Below, in pieces: positions 1 through 11,234 of a stretch of 35,531 nucleotides of DNA. The DNA is from Octopus bimaculoides. Taxonomy: Eukaryota. Location of the stretch: positions 9,584,344 to 9,619,874 of the forward strand of contig NC_068997.1 of assembly GCF_001194135.2 (NCBI RefSeq), in the 5' to 3' direction. Position 1 is the first letter of the stretch, and each line of letters opens with the position of its first letter. The position numbers and the translations under genes were made by a program. Under the pieces are notes generated by a model that did not search any database, had not been told where the DNA came from, and saw nothing but the letters and a program-made list of their open reading frames with translations.

Positions 1-368
1 ATGTCCATACCAGCGCAATCGTCTCTCTTGCACGCCACAACTGATGCTTCTAATGTTCAGCTTTTCTCTCAAGATACTTACACTCTGACGGGTATTCACA
101 TTGACATTACACATCCAACGGAGCATACTGGCTTCATTCCTTGCGAGCTTACGTATGTCCTCAGCAGTTACAGCCCATGTTTCACTGCCATGTAGCATGG
201 TTGTTCGTACGCATGCGTCATACAGTCTGCCTTTTACTCTGAGTGAGAGTCCCTTTGTCGCCAGCAGGGGTAAGAGCTCTCTAAACTTTGCCCAGGCTAT
301 TCTTATTCTAGCAGCTACACTTTCAGCGCACCCACCCCCACTACTAACTTGGTCGCCCAGATAGCGGA
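1..368 (-). mobile_element. RTE-clade non-LTR retrotransposon ORF2 fragment (RT thumb/C-terminal region), 5'-truncated at ~368 and running off the window start
   Basis: Manual translation of the reverse complement 366->1 gives 122 stop-free codons: RYLGDQVSSGGGCAESVAARIRIAWAKFRELLPLLATKGLSLRVKGRLYDACVRTTMLHGSETWAVTAEDIRKLARNEASMLRWMCNV...QERRLRWYGH. The YLG, AW.KF, K..LY, GSETW and RLRW.GH motifs are typical of RTE ORF2. There is no ATG, so it is absent from the ORF track. Confidence 0.93.
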
Positions 369-635
369 TTCATTATATATGCATATAACCATTACAGATA
401 CATATAACCATTATATATATGTGCATATAACCATAACATAAACATCAGCCATATAAATATACACACACACGTATATACATACATATACACACACACATAT
501 ATATATACATATGCACACACATATACATATATACACATGCACACACACATATACATACATATACACTCACACATATATATACACATGCACACACACACAT
601 ATATACACATGCACACACACATATACACACACACT
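369..635. repeat. Compound (TA)n/(CA)n low-complexity microsatellite
   Basis: Direct inspection. Confidence 0.9.
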
Positions 636-832
636 TCATTATTAAAGCTGCAAAAACATCACAAAAAACTGTTACTCAGAGTTTCACGCCCCTGTTCATC
701 GGACAGTTTTGGTTGAGAACATCTAAATGGCTACAACCATTTCTGCAGCTTTGACAATAAAGTATATTACTCTACCTCTGGTATTCGAGTACTATTTTTT
801 TCCACCTTGTTTCACATTTATGTGCTTACCCT
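636..832 (-). mobile_element. Probable Penelope-like element (PLE) terminal/pLTR fragment carrying a hammerhead motif
   Basis: Contains a minimal type I hammerhead with a palindromic helix III (the PLE-associated type) and an inverted repeat (644-657 vs 739-752). No PLE protein-coding sequence is visible, so the class is inferred. Confidence 0.5.
665..710 (-). ncRNA. Type I hammerhead ribozyme motif (minimal, U4C variant, predicted dimeric)
   Basis: Minus strand reads AAAACUGU-CCGAUGA-ACAGGGGCGU-GAAA-C-UCUGA-G-UA^-ACAGUUUU: perfect 8-bp stem I (703-710/665-672), core CCGAUGA (696-702) and GAAA (682-685), short stem II, 1-bp stem III, and GUA cleavage triplet (675-673). Confidence 0.72.
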
Positions 833-895
833 GGTGTGTGTGTGTGTATATATAAATATGTGTGTGAATGTGTGTGTGTGTGTGTGTATATATAT

Positions 896-1043
896 NNNNN
901 NNNNNNNNNNNNNNNNNNNNNNNNNNNNNNNNNNNNNNNNNNNNNNNNNNNNNNNNNNNNNNNNNNNNNNNNNNNNNNNNNNNNNNNNNNNNNNNNNNNN
1001 NNNNNNNNNNNNNNNNNNNNNNNNNNNNNNNNNNNNNNNNNNN
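896..1043. other. Assembly gap (N run)
   Basis: Run of N flanked by microsatellite. Confidence 1.
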
Positions 1044-1049
1044 ACCACA

Positions 1050-1896
1050 CAGGGTGTGATGGGTAAATTGTAGCCATCATATATTTTTAATTTTGCACAT
1101 GTGCATTGTTTTTGATTTTGTCAACTACACAGTATAGTAGGGTCAGATGGGCACCGTCTGTGAGAAAAACAGCACCATGACGCAATTCACTTTGCCAGAA
1201 ATTTAGAAACGACATGCTAAGCTCCAAAATGAACATTTCAGAGTGCTTGGGTGTCAATCTAAGGACAGTGCAATCTGAGAACATGTACGAAGAGTGATAC
1301 AAACCAAACATCCAGTCAACATCATGATGTTTGGAGTGATCACGAGTGAGGGCAACATTATGCTTCCATTTATCTTCCCACATGGCCTCAGACTCAACAC
1401 AGAGTCCTACATCAAGTACCTGGAGGGGGTAGTGCTGCCTTAGATCCCTATGTCTGGCAACACAACTCTGTACCCTGCCACACAAGCAGATGAAGCCAGT
1501 CATGGCTGACAGACAATTTCTGCGACCACATCACCCCTAACATCTGGCCACCTAACTCCTCAGACTGCAGCCCCCTTGATTATTATATGTGGGGTGCAGT
1601 TGAACAAGAGACCAACAAAACTCCTTGTAACACCGAAGATGAACTGAAGACAAGGATTATGGCAGCATTCGCCAACTTAAACAAGGAGAACATCCAGAAT
1701 AGTTGCAGGAGATTCCAAAGCCGTCTGGAGGCCTTGGTTGAAGCCAATGGCAATTTTATTAAATAAATTTACTCCTTAGTATTTCAAGATATTTTTATGT
1801 AATTTTGAATTTTGGTAAATATATCTGTTAAAATGAGATGTCAGTGTTATTTTCATTTATATGTAATTTAGACGACAGTTTGTTCACCGCACCCTG
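1050..1896 (+). mobile_element. Tc1/mariner superfamily, DD37D (maT-type) element, internally deleted and non-autonomous
   Basis: Imperfect TIRs CAGGGTGTGATGGGTAAATTGTAGCC (1050-) and reverse complement CAGGGTGCGGTGAACAAACTGTCGTC (-1896). TA follows the right end (1897-1898) and CA precedes the left end. Internal transposase remnants are present. Confidence 0.88.
1177..1766 (+). pseudogene. Degenerate DD37D transposase
   Basis: 1294-1766 translates ...TKHPVNIMMFGVITSEGNIMLPFIFPHGLRLNTESYIKYLEGVVLP*I / PYVWQHNSVPCHTSR*SQSWLTDNFCDHITPNIWPPNSSDCSPLDYYMWGAVEQETNK...LEALVEANGNFIK*. There are 37 residues between the second catalytic position (now N, 1464) and the third D (1578). Stops at 1441 and 1491, frameshift/deletion at ~1446, and most of the N-terminus is deleted. 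Confidence 0.88.
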
Positions 1897-1934
<38 letters not shown>

Positions 1935-2141
1935 ATGTACAAATATACAATCATATATATACAGACACATATACAAATATGCATATATATATATAGAAAG
2001 AGAGGAGAAAGACACACACATGTATAAATACAAACACATATATATATGCATACATGCACACTTACATAGAGATATACACACAAAGATGCACATATACAAA
2101 TACATACAAATAGATAAATACACATATGTATGGACATACTC

Positions 2142-2178
<37 letters not shown>

Positions 2179-2236
2179 CACATACACAGGCTCATAATAT
2201 ACACACATAGTACATATCATACACACACACACACAG
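1897..2236. repeat. Compound (CA)n/(TA)n microsatellite
   Basis: Direct inspection. Confidence 0.85.
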
Positions 2237-2882
2237 ACCTAAAATAATCTTCAAATTAAATTAATATTCAGCAAATTTTAATTTAACTGAATAGTTCTGG
2301 TATTCTAACATTATCGCCAGAAGTTTTCTGCAGTCAGCATAATTTGAAAGCAGAGGAAAGAAATCGGAAAAGTAGAACACTGAACTACAAGATCGGTTAT
2401 TTATTGTGATGCCACTTTAGTTATTCTGATATTCAAATGTTCTCAGTTCTGCCAGGGTCAGAATTGTCTTTAATTCTTCTGAAGATTGTAAAACAGAAGT
2501 TTTGCTGCTAAGGTTTTAAACAGTTATTCCATTGACAGTGATTTCATAATTATTGTGATTACATTTTTGTAGCTTGAATTTCTCCCTCCCTCCCTCCCTC
2601 TCCCTCTCCCTCTCTCTCTCTCTCTCTCTTCTGACAGTATAGTTTTATGTTTCAGATTAGAAATAGTATTATGCTTAATACTTGGGTTACGGCTGAGTTA
2701 ATGTTACCACATGTTAATTGATTTGGGGGGAATATGAAAGCAAAATTAAATTAATTAAAATATTTTATCAATTAAAATTTTAATTAATTAATTAATTTCT
2801 AAGGCAAAAATCACAAACATTAGGTGGCTCCACCAGTATTAAATGAAATTTGTGCTTAGTTACCAGCAAATTTTTTTATGCA

Positions 2883-2914
<32 letters not shown>

Positions 2915-3136
2915 CGCACACATTGTAGCCATTTAGATGTTCCTATTCAATGTTATAAATTCCTTTATATTTTATTTTTCTGTTATAACAAAAATTTTAA
3001 TGCCATCAAAAAAAAAAAAATGACCAATCAAAAATATGAGAGTATAAAACTTGCCATCCCATTAGAAGGATAGTTAATAATAAAAATAGGATCATTCTTT
3101 GCCATGAAATGAACAAGTATATTGATATTTCTTTAA

Positions 3137-3355
3137 CCCTTTTGATACCAGCCTGCCTTAAATCACCCTTGGTTCTATAACACAAACTTCCCTGCTTTAA
3201 AATAATCTTAATTAATACTTTCATCAAAATTTCATGTTAATTTACATTCCAAATACTTGCTTCATATTGACAAAGTTATTTTACTTAAATTCTTCATAAT
3301 TTTCAAAATTAATTGAAACAAGGTGTATTTCAATAGAAATATGGTAACAAATGCA
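3137..3355. mobile_element. TTAA-flanked MITE (piggyBac-like), diverged copy
   Basis: TTAA-CCCTTTTGATACCA ... TGGTAACAAATGCA-TTAA; internal similarity to the copies at 33091-33310 and 33342-33563. Confidence 0.7.
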
Positions 3356-3806
3356 TTAAATATTAGAGGTAAAGGAAAGAGGTAAAGGCATAAGGAAAGC
3401 AGCTGCTCCTGGGGGCAGGAGTGTCAAGGGTACAAAATGTCCTCTAGTTTATCATACCAGTTAATTAAGGTGCTGCGCCAAAATTGTCTTTACCCGTACA
3501 CTGAGAACTTTCATGAAGTCACTGAACAAGATATCACAAAAAAAAAATATTCTCTAGAAGCCTAAAGGAAAATGACACGAATATCATTTATGATGGTTGA
3601 TTTAAATTAAGATTCAGCAAACCATTTCAATCTAATGCTAAATACGGAAACAGTATGAGTATAAATACTATGAAAATGAAGTGAAGAAAAACACTCAAGA
3701 TAGGCAAACCATGTTTCACCTCTTCAGCAAGACACCTCCACCTGTTCCTCTATCATACTTTTATGTTCCTCAACACTATACTCCACTCAATTGAGGAGTC
3801 TCATCT

Positions 3807-4020
3807 TGCAAGTTACTTGGTGACCTCACTGGTGCTGGTGCCATGTTAAAAGCATCTGGTACACTTTGTGAAGTGGATGGCATTAGGAAGGGTATCCAGC
3901 TGTAGGAATTGTGCTGAAGCAGACACTGGAGACTAGTGCAGCCCTCTGGCTCATCTGCTCATGTTGAACCATCCAACCCATTCCAGTATAGAAAGAGGGA
4001 CATTAAATGATAATGGTGAT
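3807..4020 (+). mobile_element. Diverged RTE-type 3' UTR/tail fragment
   Basis: GGCATTAGGAAGGGTATCCAGCTGTAG ... CCAACCCATTCCAGTATAGAAAGAGGGACATTAAATGAT matches the tail at 28450-28586. Confidence 0.7.
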
Positions 4021-4139
4021 CTCTTTAGCATATAGAACTGAAACATTCAAAGATTTTTGCACCACCAACTAGTTTCATGCAAGACAATTTTATCCACAGC
4101 CCAGGGAATGACATGCATAACAAAATACAATAAACTGCA

Positions 4140-4457
4140 TTATATCATGTGATCATGTGATTGACCAGACTATCAGATGTTATACATCACTGGTCACAAT
4201 GCACTTTGCATCATTTTAGCTTTCAAAGGCAAACAGGCCAACATCTCTCCTGATCTGAAAACTAGTCCATCACAGGGTGATCCATTTACAGCTGAGTGGA
4301 CTGGAGTAATGTGAAATGAAGTGTTTTGCTCAAGAACACAATGCACAGCAGGCCTAGGGATTAGAACCACAATCTTGAGATCATGAGGGCAATGCACCCA
4401 ACCATGAGGGCAATGCACCCAACCATGAGGGCAATGCACCCAACCATGAGGCCATGC
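4140..4457 (-). mobile_element. tRNA-headed SINE with a triplicated A-box region
   Basis: Reverse complement begins GCATGGCCTCATGGTTGGG (A-box-like), has GGTTCTAATCC (B-box-like), then TGTGTTCTTGAGCAAAACACTT (core-like block). Confidence 0.75.
4382..4451. repeat. 21-bp tandem repeat, 3 perfect units plus a partial unit (CATGAGGGCAATGCACCCAAC)
   Basis: Units at 4382, 4403 and 4424; partial unit at 4445. Confidence 0.95.
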
Positions 4458-5301
4458 ATAATATATAATGTAATCATTACATATGTAATTCATATATAAT
4501 GCAAAAAAACTCTCTGCAGACTGCGACAATCAATAGAATAGAAATGAAATTTTAAAATTTATTCTTTCTGTGTGACTTGGTACCAAATGATCCACAGTCT
4601 GGTATTGATCCATGGCCTGGTGGTTGGGGACTCTTGCAGTACAGTACTGATAATAATATATAAACCGATAACCATTCAATTGGTATCAAAATTCAATTGG
4701 ATGCAACAACTTTTCATTTTCCAAACACCCGCTCAAGCACAACTACTACACAAACACACAGATATCTTTCCTCTTCACCAAAAAAAAAAAAAAAAAAAAA
4801 AAGAGGAAGAACAGAAACGAAAAACAATGACAACAAATGGTAAAGCTGTCAAAGTAAATTGCTGATCAACCGTTCAATACAAGTGACAATCATTGTTGAA
4901 GATGACGAAGAAAATTATTATAAAAGTTGGTTAGAAAACATCGGATAATCAGTGTAGTCTTTTGTGAATAAAACTTTAACATAGATAGACTAAGCCGATC
5001 AAAATTCATAAACTACTAATGATAAATCAATATGAAAATGGTTAGAATTTTTTTTTTTTAATCATTCATACAAATGATTTTATGATAGAAAAATAAATAA
5101 AATTTGGAAATTTCCAACAAAGTTAAACCAAAGAATGTTAAAATTCAATAGAAAACAAGAACTAAGAAATATTCTACTTTTACACACAAAACTTGAGCAG
5201 CTGTCATAATATATTTTTAAAAATTTGATATTATTCCAACTAAATCTGCTCAAATAGGTTATCTGATCAAATCCATATGTAGCTTTTTATGAAATTGGAT
5301 A

Positions 5302-5630
5302 NNNNNNNNNNNNNNNNNNNNNNNNNNNNNNNNNNNNNNNNNNNNNNNNNNNNNNNNNNNNNNNNNNNNNNNNNNNNNNNNNNNNNNNNNNNNNNNNNNN
5401 NNNNNNNNNNNNNNNNNNNNNNNNNNNNNNNNNNNNNNNNNNNNNNNNNNNNNNNNNNNNNNNNNNNNNNNNNNNNNNNNNNNNNNNNNNNNNNNNNNNN
5501 NNNNNNNNNNNNNNNNNNNNNNNNNNNNNNNNNNNNNNNNNNNNNNNNNNNNNNNNNNNNNNNNNNNNNNNNNNNNNNNNNNNNNNNNNNNNNNNNNNNN
5601 NNNNNNNNNNNNNNNNNNNNNNNNNNNNNN
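5302..5630. other. Assembly gap (N run)
   Basis: Run of N. Confidence 1.
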
Positions 5631-5669
<39 letters not shown>

Positions 5670-6497
5670 CATACACACACACACATATGTATGTAAAGAT
5701 ATATATATACACACACACATATATGTATGTAAAGACATACACATGCATATATTATGTATGTATAAAACTAATGGGATCAAACAATGGTTGATGCTTCAAG
5801 GCAAGATATACACATAAACGAATCAATTAATAATACAGAACATCATATCACTAACGATATTTCAGATAAATTTACTTTTATATTTGAAAGCAAATGGCAA
5901 ACAAAAATTTAGCTAGCATCATATCTTTTTGAATTATTAAATATGGTTTTAGTGAATAGCTAAACAGTAAATAGCTAGGCTTCATCTAGTTTGTCTAGAG
6001 CTCTTCCATTTTTAGATTAGTAGAAGAACATCCGTCAACTCTTTTTATCAACAACATCGGTTAGGATGGAACATTTTAATTATATTGTGACACTCCACAA
6101 AACAAGTTCTGTTCTACCATCTGGCAATAATTTAAAATTCCTCAAAAGCTTATGTCAGATATCAAATCAAACATTATAATACTTAACCAAGTACAAAATA
6201 ACTGGGCAATGTAGAAAGTGTTTGCAACAGAGTGAAAAAGAAAATAATGGTAACAATGAGATTTATTAAAAGCAAAAACAAAAACATTAACATTCCTTAT
6301 AAAACAAATGGCTGCTTTTTACTGCTTTTTATTTATAAGAACAATCTCTAAATATCTGAAATAAATGACTACGGAAGTCTGCATGAATCATGATGAAAAT
6401 AGTCTTCTATGGAGGACAATATGATAATATTGTAGCAGTTGTCACTCATTTTGGAAATCAGTAAGAGAAAAGCAAAATAATAATCATTTTGAAATAG

Positions 6498-6536
<39 letters not shown>

Positions 6537-6723
6537 TTGAAAAGTTGCTATTTATATTGAGAGAGCATAACAGTTTAACCATTTCTAAGAACTCTGTATG
6601 AATCCATATATATATCCAACTTCTGTAATTTATGAGGTTATAATAAAAAGTTTAACTGAACTTCCTGCTTTATTCAGCTCTTGGATATATATATGGATAT
6701 ATATATATATATATATATATATA

Positions 6724-7051
6724 NNNNNNNNNNNNNNNNNNNNNNNNNNNNNNNNNNNNNNNNNNNNNNNNNNNNNNNNNNNNNNNNNNNNNNNNNNNNN
6801 NNNNNNNNNNNNNNNNNNNNNNNNNNNNNNNNNNNNNNNNNNNNNNNNNNNNNNNNNNNNNNNNNNNNNNNNNNNNNNNNNNNNNNNNNNNNNNNNNNNN
6901 NNNNNNNNNNNNNNNNNNNNNNNNNNNNNNNNNNNNNNNNNNNNNNNNNNNNNNNNNNNNNNNNNNNNNNNNNNNNNNNNNNNNNNNNNNNNNNNNNNNN
7001 NNNNNNNNNNNNNNNNNNNNNNNNNNNNNNNNNNNNNNNNNNNNNNNNNNN
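6724..7051. other. Assembly gap (N run)
   Basis: Run of N. Confidence 1.
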
Positions 7052-7099
7052 NGGGGGGGGGTATGTGTGTGTCTAACTAGATTAGTGAGAACTTATTTG

Positions 7100-7514
7100 T
7101 CAAGCATGCGTGCTTTAAGTAAATTCCAGCTGTGGTGGAGTGGATATGAAGTGGAATTCTTGACTTCAGTCTCCCTGAACACATCTTAGGTAGACAAGCA
7201 GCTGGCTCTTGGTCAGGTGGTGAGCCAACGAAGAGATACAAAGAGATGCTGAAGACAACTTTAAAAAAGTGTAGTTTAAAATGGTCTACTTTGGAATATC
7301 TTGCTCAAGATTGTTCACTGTGGCATAGTGCTGTGTACTCTGAGATATAACACTCAGGGTCAGAAATGATCAGAGAAGCAAAAGGGAGTGGAGAGCTACA
7401 TGGAAAGCAAGAGTACCACCAGGTCCTGATTCTGTTATTACATGCTCCCACTGTAACCATGGATTTCATGCCAAAATTGGCCAAATAAACAACCTCATGA
7501 CCCACAAAATGTAA
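7100..7514 (+). mobile_element. Old RTE/BovB-like LINE ORF2 C-terminal fragment with zinc-knuckle-like end
   Basis: With frameshifts: QLWWSGY...LPEHILG...SGGEPTKRYKEMLKTTLKKC...STLEYLAQDCSLWHSAV and ITCSHCNHGFHAKIGQINNLMTHKM*, resembling the QLRWSGHV, KRYKD.LK, LAQDR..W and CxxC...IGL.SH.RTH end of RTE/BovB-like ORF2. Confidence 0.75.
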
Positions 7515-7639
7515 GGCTGAAAATCTGGTCAACTAGTAAACATTACAATAGAGTAATGTGTTTCATCTTTGCATTAGGCTTGCAAGACTCGGAGCAGAGA
7601 GAGAGAGAGAGGGAGAGGGGGAAGTCACTGAAAAGGTTG

Positions 7640-7830
7640 CGAACAGTGACAAAGGAACTTTGACTTACAAAAAACTGATTGATTGTTTAACCAGTACATT
7701 GATTAGTTAATTGGTTAGTTATTTAATTAATTTAACTAATAACAAAGAACTGATATTGAACCAGTGCATGTGTGTTGTTATTATTGGTGCAATGACCCTC
7801 CCAAGACAAAAACAAGAAATGTATTGTTTC
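7640..7830 (+). repeat. Unclassified dispersed repeat, copy 1
   Basis: Shares collinear blocks (TGACAAA(G/A)GAACTT(T/C)GAC, TTGATTGATT, GAACCAGTGC, TGACCCTCC) with 14890-15090. Confidence 0.6.
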
Positions 7831-8254
7831 TTAGATATGATTCCCAACTATAACTATTTCATTTAACTACATTGCAAATATGAACACTGGGTAAAGAATA
7901 AATGATCCAACAACCCAATTTTCCCTATCTTACAAATATGGAAACTCTGCATTTAGTAAAGTATTTCGCCAATAATATATTTACCGTTACACACAAGAAT
8001 GAGACAAAGAAAAATATCCCAACTGATCAGGGTATTCTATCCAGAGATATTTCTTTATAGATAATTAGACCAACTGACTTAAGATGACAAGTAGCCATTT
8101 CAAAGTTGGGAAACATACACGCTAATGATTTCTCTCTATCAATCATTTTAATTTAACACTTCAAGCTACAATTTACAGCAGTGAATTGTCATACCACAAG
8201 ACATCTATTTGGTGGATTGGGACATTAAGAGTTATATGCCTATATGTCCAAGTT

Positions 8255-8636
8255 CATCATCATCGTCATTTAATGTCCACTTTTCCATGCTTGAAATATA
8301 TTGAGTCAGGTTTTCTACAGCCAGATGTCCTTCCTGTCATCAACACCCACCTGTTTCCAAATAAGGTAATATTTCTCTATGGCCAGTATGTTTTTTATGG
8401 AAGGCTGGAAACAAACAACTTCACTTAGATGTTGATGATGTGGAAAATTTACAACCATCACAGAACATCTAGACAAGGGTAGACACAAGTGCGTGTGCAC
8501 ACACGCACACACACACACAATAGGTTTCTTTCAGTTTCTGACTACCAAATAAATCTACTCACATGGCTTTGGTTGACCCAGGGCTATAGTAGAAGACATT
8601 TTTCCAATGTGTTGCACAGTGGAACTGAATGGCACC
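8255..8636 (-). mobile_element. SINE: head-truncated core, (CA)n, and RTE-like tail ending in (GAT)n
   Basis: 8520-8636 is the reverse complement of the core shared with 27539-27940; 8255-8490 matches 17800-17963 and 30804-31040. Confidence 0.7.
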
Positions 8637-9381
8637 TTTGGCAAATATCTTCAACTACAGCTCTGCACTATTAGTATTTCAATTTTCATTCGTTCTTTCC
8701 CAATTTTTCTATTCTTTAGAGAACTCTGAGAAAATCAAGGCGGAGGTATCGTGAAAATACAGAGTTAGTTAAATATATTTAATCTTATGTTGGAAGGAGA
8801 AGAGAGAGATGTGCAGCAGAAGTGTTTCTTCAAATAAGTCACCGTTTTGGTTTTAGTCCTTGATTTGCTGAAAGTCTTTCAAATGTTCTGACTTTGCTTT
8901 GCTGAACTTTGGAAGTTCCATGGAAACAATTACATTTGATTAACATTCTTTTTCCAACTGACAGTTTTTAAATTCATTCTGAAACTGTAGATGTGCTGGT
9001 GTGGCTATTAAAAGCTGCCATTACAAAGTATTTGCATGTCTTCAGCCATAAGAATGTCAAAGTAAAGAAAATTGCACTAGGAAATATCTGATTGAAAATG
9101 ATCTAAAGAAATGGAAAATAACCATTACCGATGCTGCACATTTGGCAAAACGTACAGACATGGAAGGAAATCCTCTGTGAGTGACAGACATCTTAGGAAA
9201 GAAAGTGGACCAAGGAGAAGATGATAAGATCATTTCTCTACTAAAGGATTCATGATATTGGAAAATTCTTGAACAGTAAAACTGAGTTTCACTTTATTTT
9301 TAATCTTGAACTAAAGTTTAATGAAAGAAGAAAACGAGATCCAGAATAAATCAAATCTAAATAAGAAAAATTGTATATTAT

Positions 9382-9534
9382 AGGTGCAGGCATGGCTGTG
9401 TGGCTAAGAACCTTCCTTCCTAACTATGTGGTCTTGGGTTCAGTCCCACTGTGCAGCACCTCAGGTAAGTGTCTTCTATTTATAGCCCCAGGTCAACCAA
9501 AGCCTTGTAGATAGAAACTGAAAGAAGCCCACCA

Positions 9535-9578
<44 letters not shown>

Positions 9579-9780
9579 TTTTTGTCCCTTATAACTGCTT
9601 GACAATCAGTGTTGGTTTGTTTAAATCCCCATAACTCAGGAGTTTGGCAAAAGAGATCAACAGAATAAGTACCGATCTTTAAAAAGTAAGAACTAAGATC
9701 AATTTGTTCAACTAAACTTTTCAAAGCATTGCCCCAGCATGGTCGCCTTCGAAAAACAGAAAGAAGTAAAAGATAAAAGA
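9382..9780 (+). mobile_element. tRNA-headed SINE (octopus OR/OK-like family), near full length with central (TG)n
   Basis: TGGCTGTGTGG A-box, GGTTCAGTCCC B-box, shared body and CCAGCATGG tail as in 27539-27940. Confidence 0.8.
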
Positions 9781-10288
9781 TACATACATCATATAATTTC
9801 AGCTCTAAGAAAGAAGACGGTTGACATCAACTTTAGAAATCAATGAAATAGATAGATTTCAGATACACTTAGAAGTTATAGGAAACTTTGTAAATCCCAG
9901 ATCAGTGTACTAGCAGCAAAACAAGAACCAGTGAAACAAATCTGAACAGTAAGTCTGGAGGAAAATTCTCTAATTAATCTTTTCATTGAAGACACTTGAA
10001 ACTTAAGAATGTATAGAATATATGTAATTTAAATCTTCCTCTTGAGAGATTTTAATTCAAAAGTCATTTTGGGGTTGTACTAAATATATATATTCTTAAG
10101 ATTGTGATGTAGGATCACATACGCGTTACTCCTGACTTTGTTCAGATGAAAAGCAAAACTTATACTCAAGAATTATAAACAATAGGAATTTCAACTTTAC
10201 AGGATATACAAGAAGACATATGTAGCCAAAAGGAGTTTTTAAGTTGTGAGCTGTCCAAAAGGACAAATGCAGGAAAAGGTTGAAGAAG

Positions 10289-10290
<2 letters not shown>

Positions 10291-10330
<40 letters not shown>
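10291..10330. repeat. (ATT)n microsatellite
   Basis: Direct inspection. Confidence 0.95.
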
Positions 10331-10352
10331 TGTGAATGATAAGTCACAGTCG

Positions 10353-10810
10353 TTTTTGTGTGGTTAAGAAGCTTGCTCTGCAACCATGTGGTTTCAGGTT
10401 CAGTCCTACAGTGCAGCACTTTGGACACGCATCTTCTACTACAGATATGAGCCAACCAATACCTTGTGATTGAATTTGGTAGACAGAAACTGTGTGGAAT
10501 CCCATTCTGTGTGTGTATTCTTTTATTCTTTAATATGTTTCAGCCTTGAGACTGCGGCCATGCTGGAGCACTGCCATTTTTCAAAAGAGATGCTTACGGC
10601 ACCTAGGATTCCCAAGCAGTCACCCACCACCACTTAACAACTGGTGTTGGTTTGTTTACATTCCCATTACTTAATGGCCTTGGCAAAAGTGATTGATACC
10701 AGACTTAAAAACAAAAATAAGTACTGGGGGTCGATTTGTTCAGCTAAAACACTTGAAGGTGCTGCCCCAGCATGGCCAGGGTCTAATGACAGAAACAAGT
10801 AAAAGAAGAT
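10353..10810 (+). mobile_element. Fragmented SINE cluster (plus-strand head 10353-10505, minus-strand tail 10518-10576, plus-strand body/tail 10630-10810)
   Basis: Blocks match the 27539-27940 family in both orientations. Confidence 0.7.
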
Positions 10811-11022
10811 GGAAAAGTTTTACTTATAATTTTATAAAGCAGATAATGTTCAAGTTTTGTTATGAGGTAACTAATTCCAGATTATAAAACAGACAAGTTG
10901 ACTTCTAAAGTCACATTGTTCCATCACCACCACCACCACCACCACAACCATTCCGCATTCAACCAATTTAGAATCAAAATGAAAACAAGAATAGGCTTTC
11001 CCTCTTATATCAAGACAGAAAG

Positions 11023-11086
<64 letters not shown>

Positions 11087-11196
11087 CCAGGTTCATTCCC
11101 ACTGCGTGGCACCTTGGGCAAGTGTTTTCTACTATAGCCTCAGGCAGACCAAAGCCTTGTGAGTGGATTTGGTAGACGGAAACTGAAAGAAGCCCG

Positions 11197-11234
<38 letters not shown>

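Noticed and set aside
1-364. Plus-strand ORFs 1..195 and 101..364
   Set aside because: They are antisense shadows of the RTE reading frame on the minus strand.
1087-1503. 138-aa minus-strand ORF
   Set aside because: It is antisense to the DD37D transposase remnant and shows no independent protein signal.
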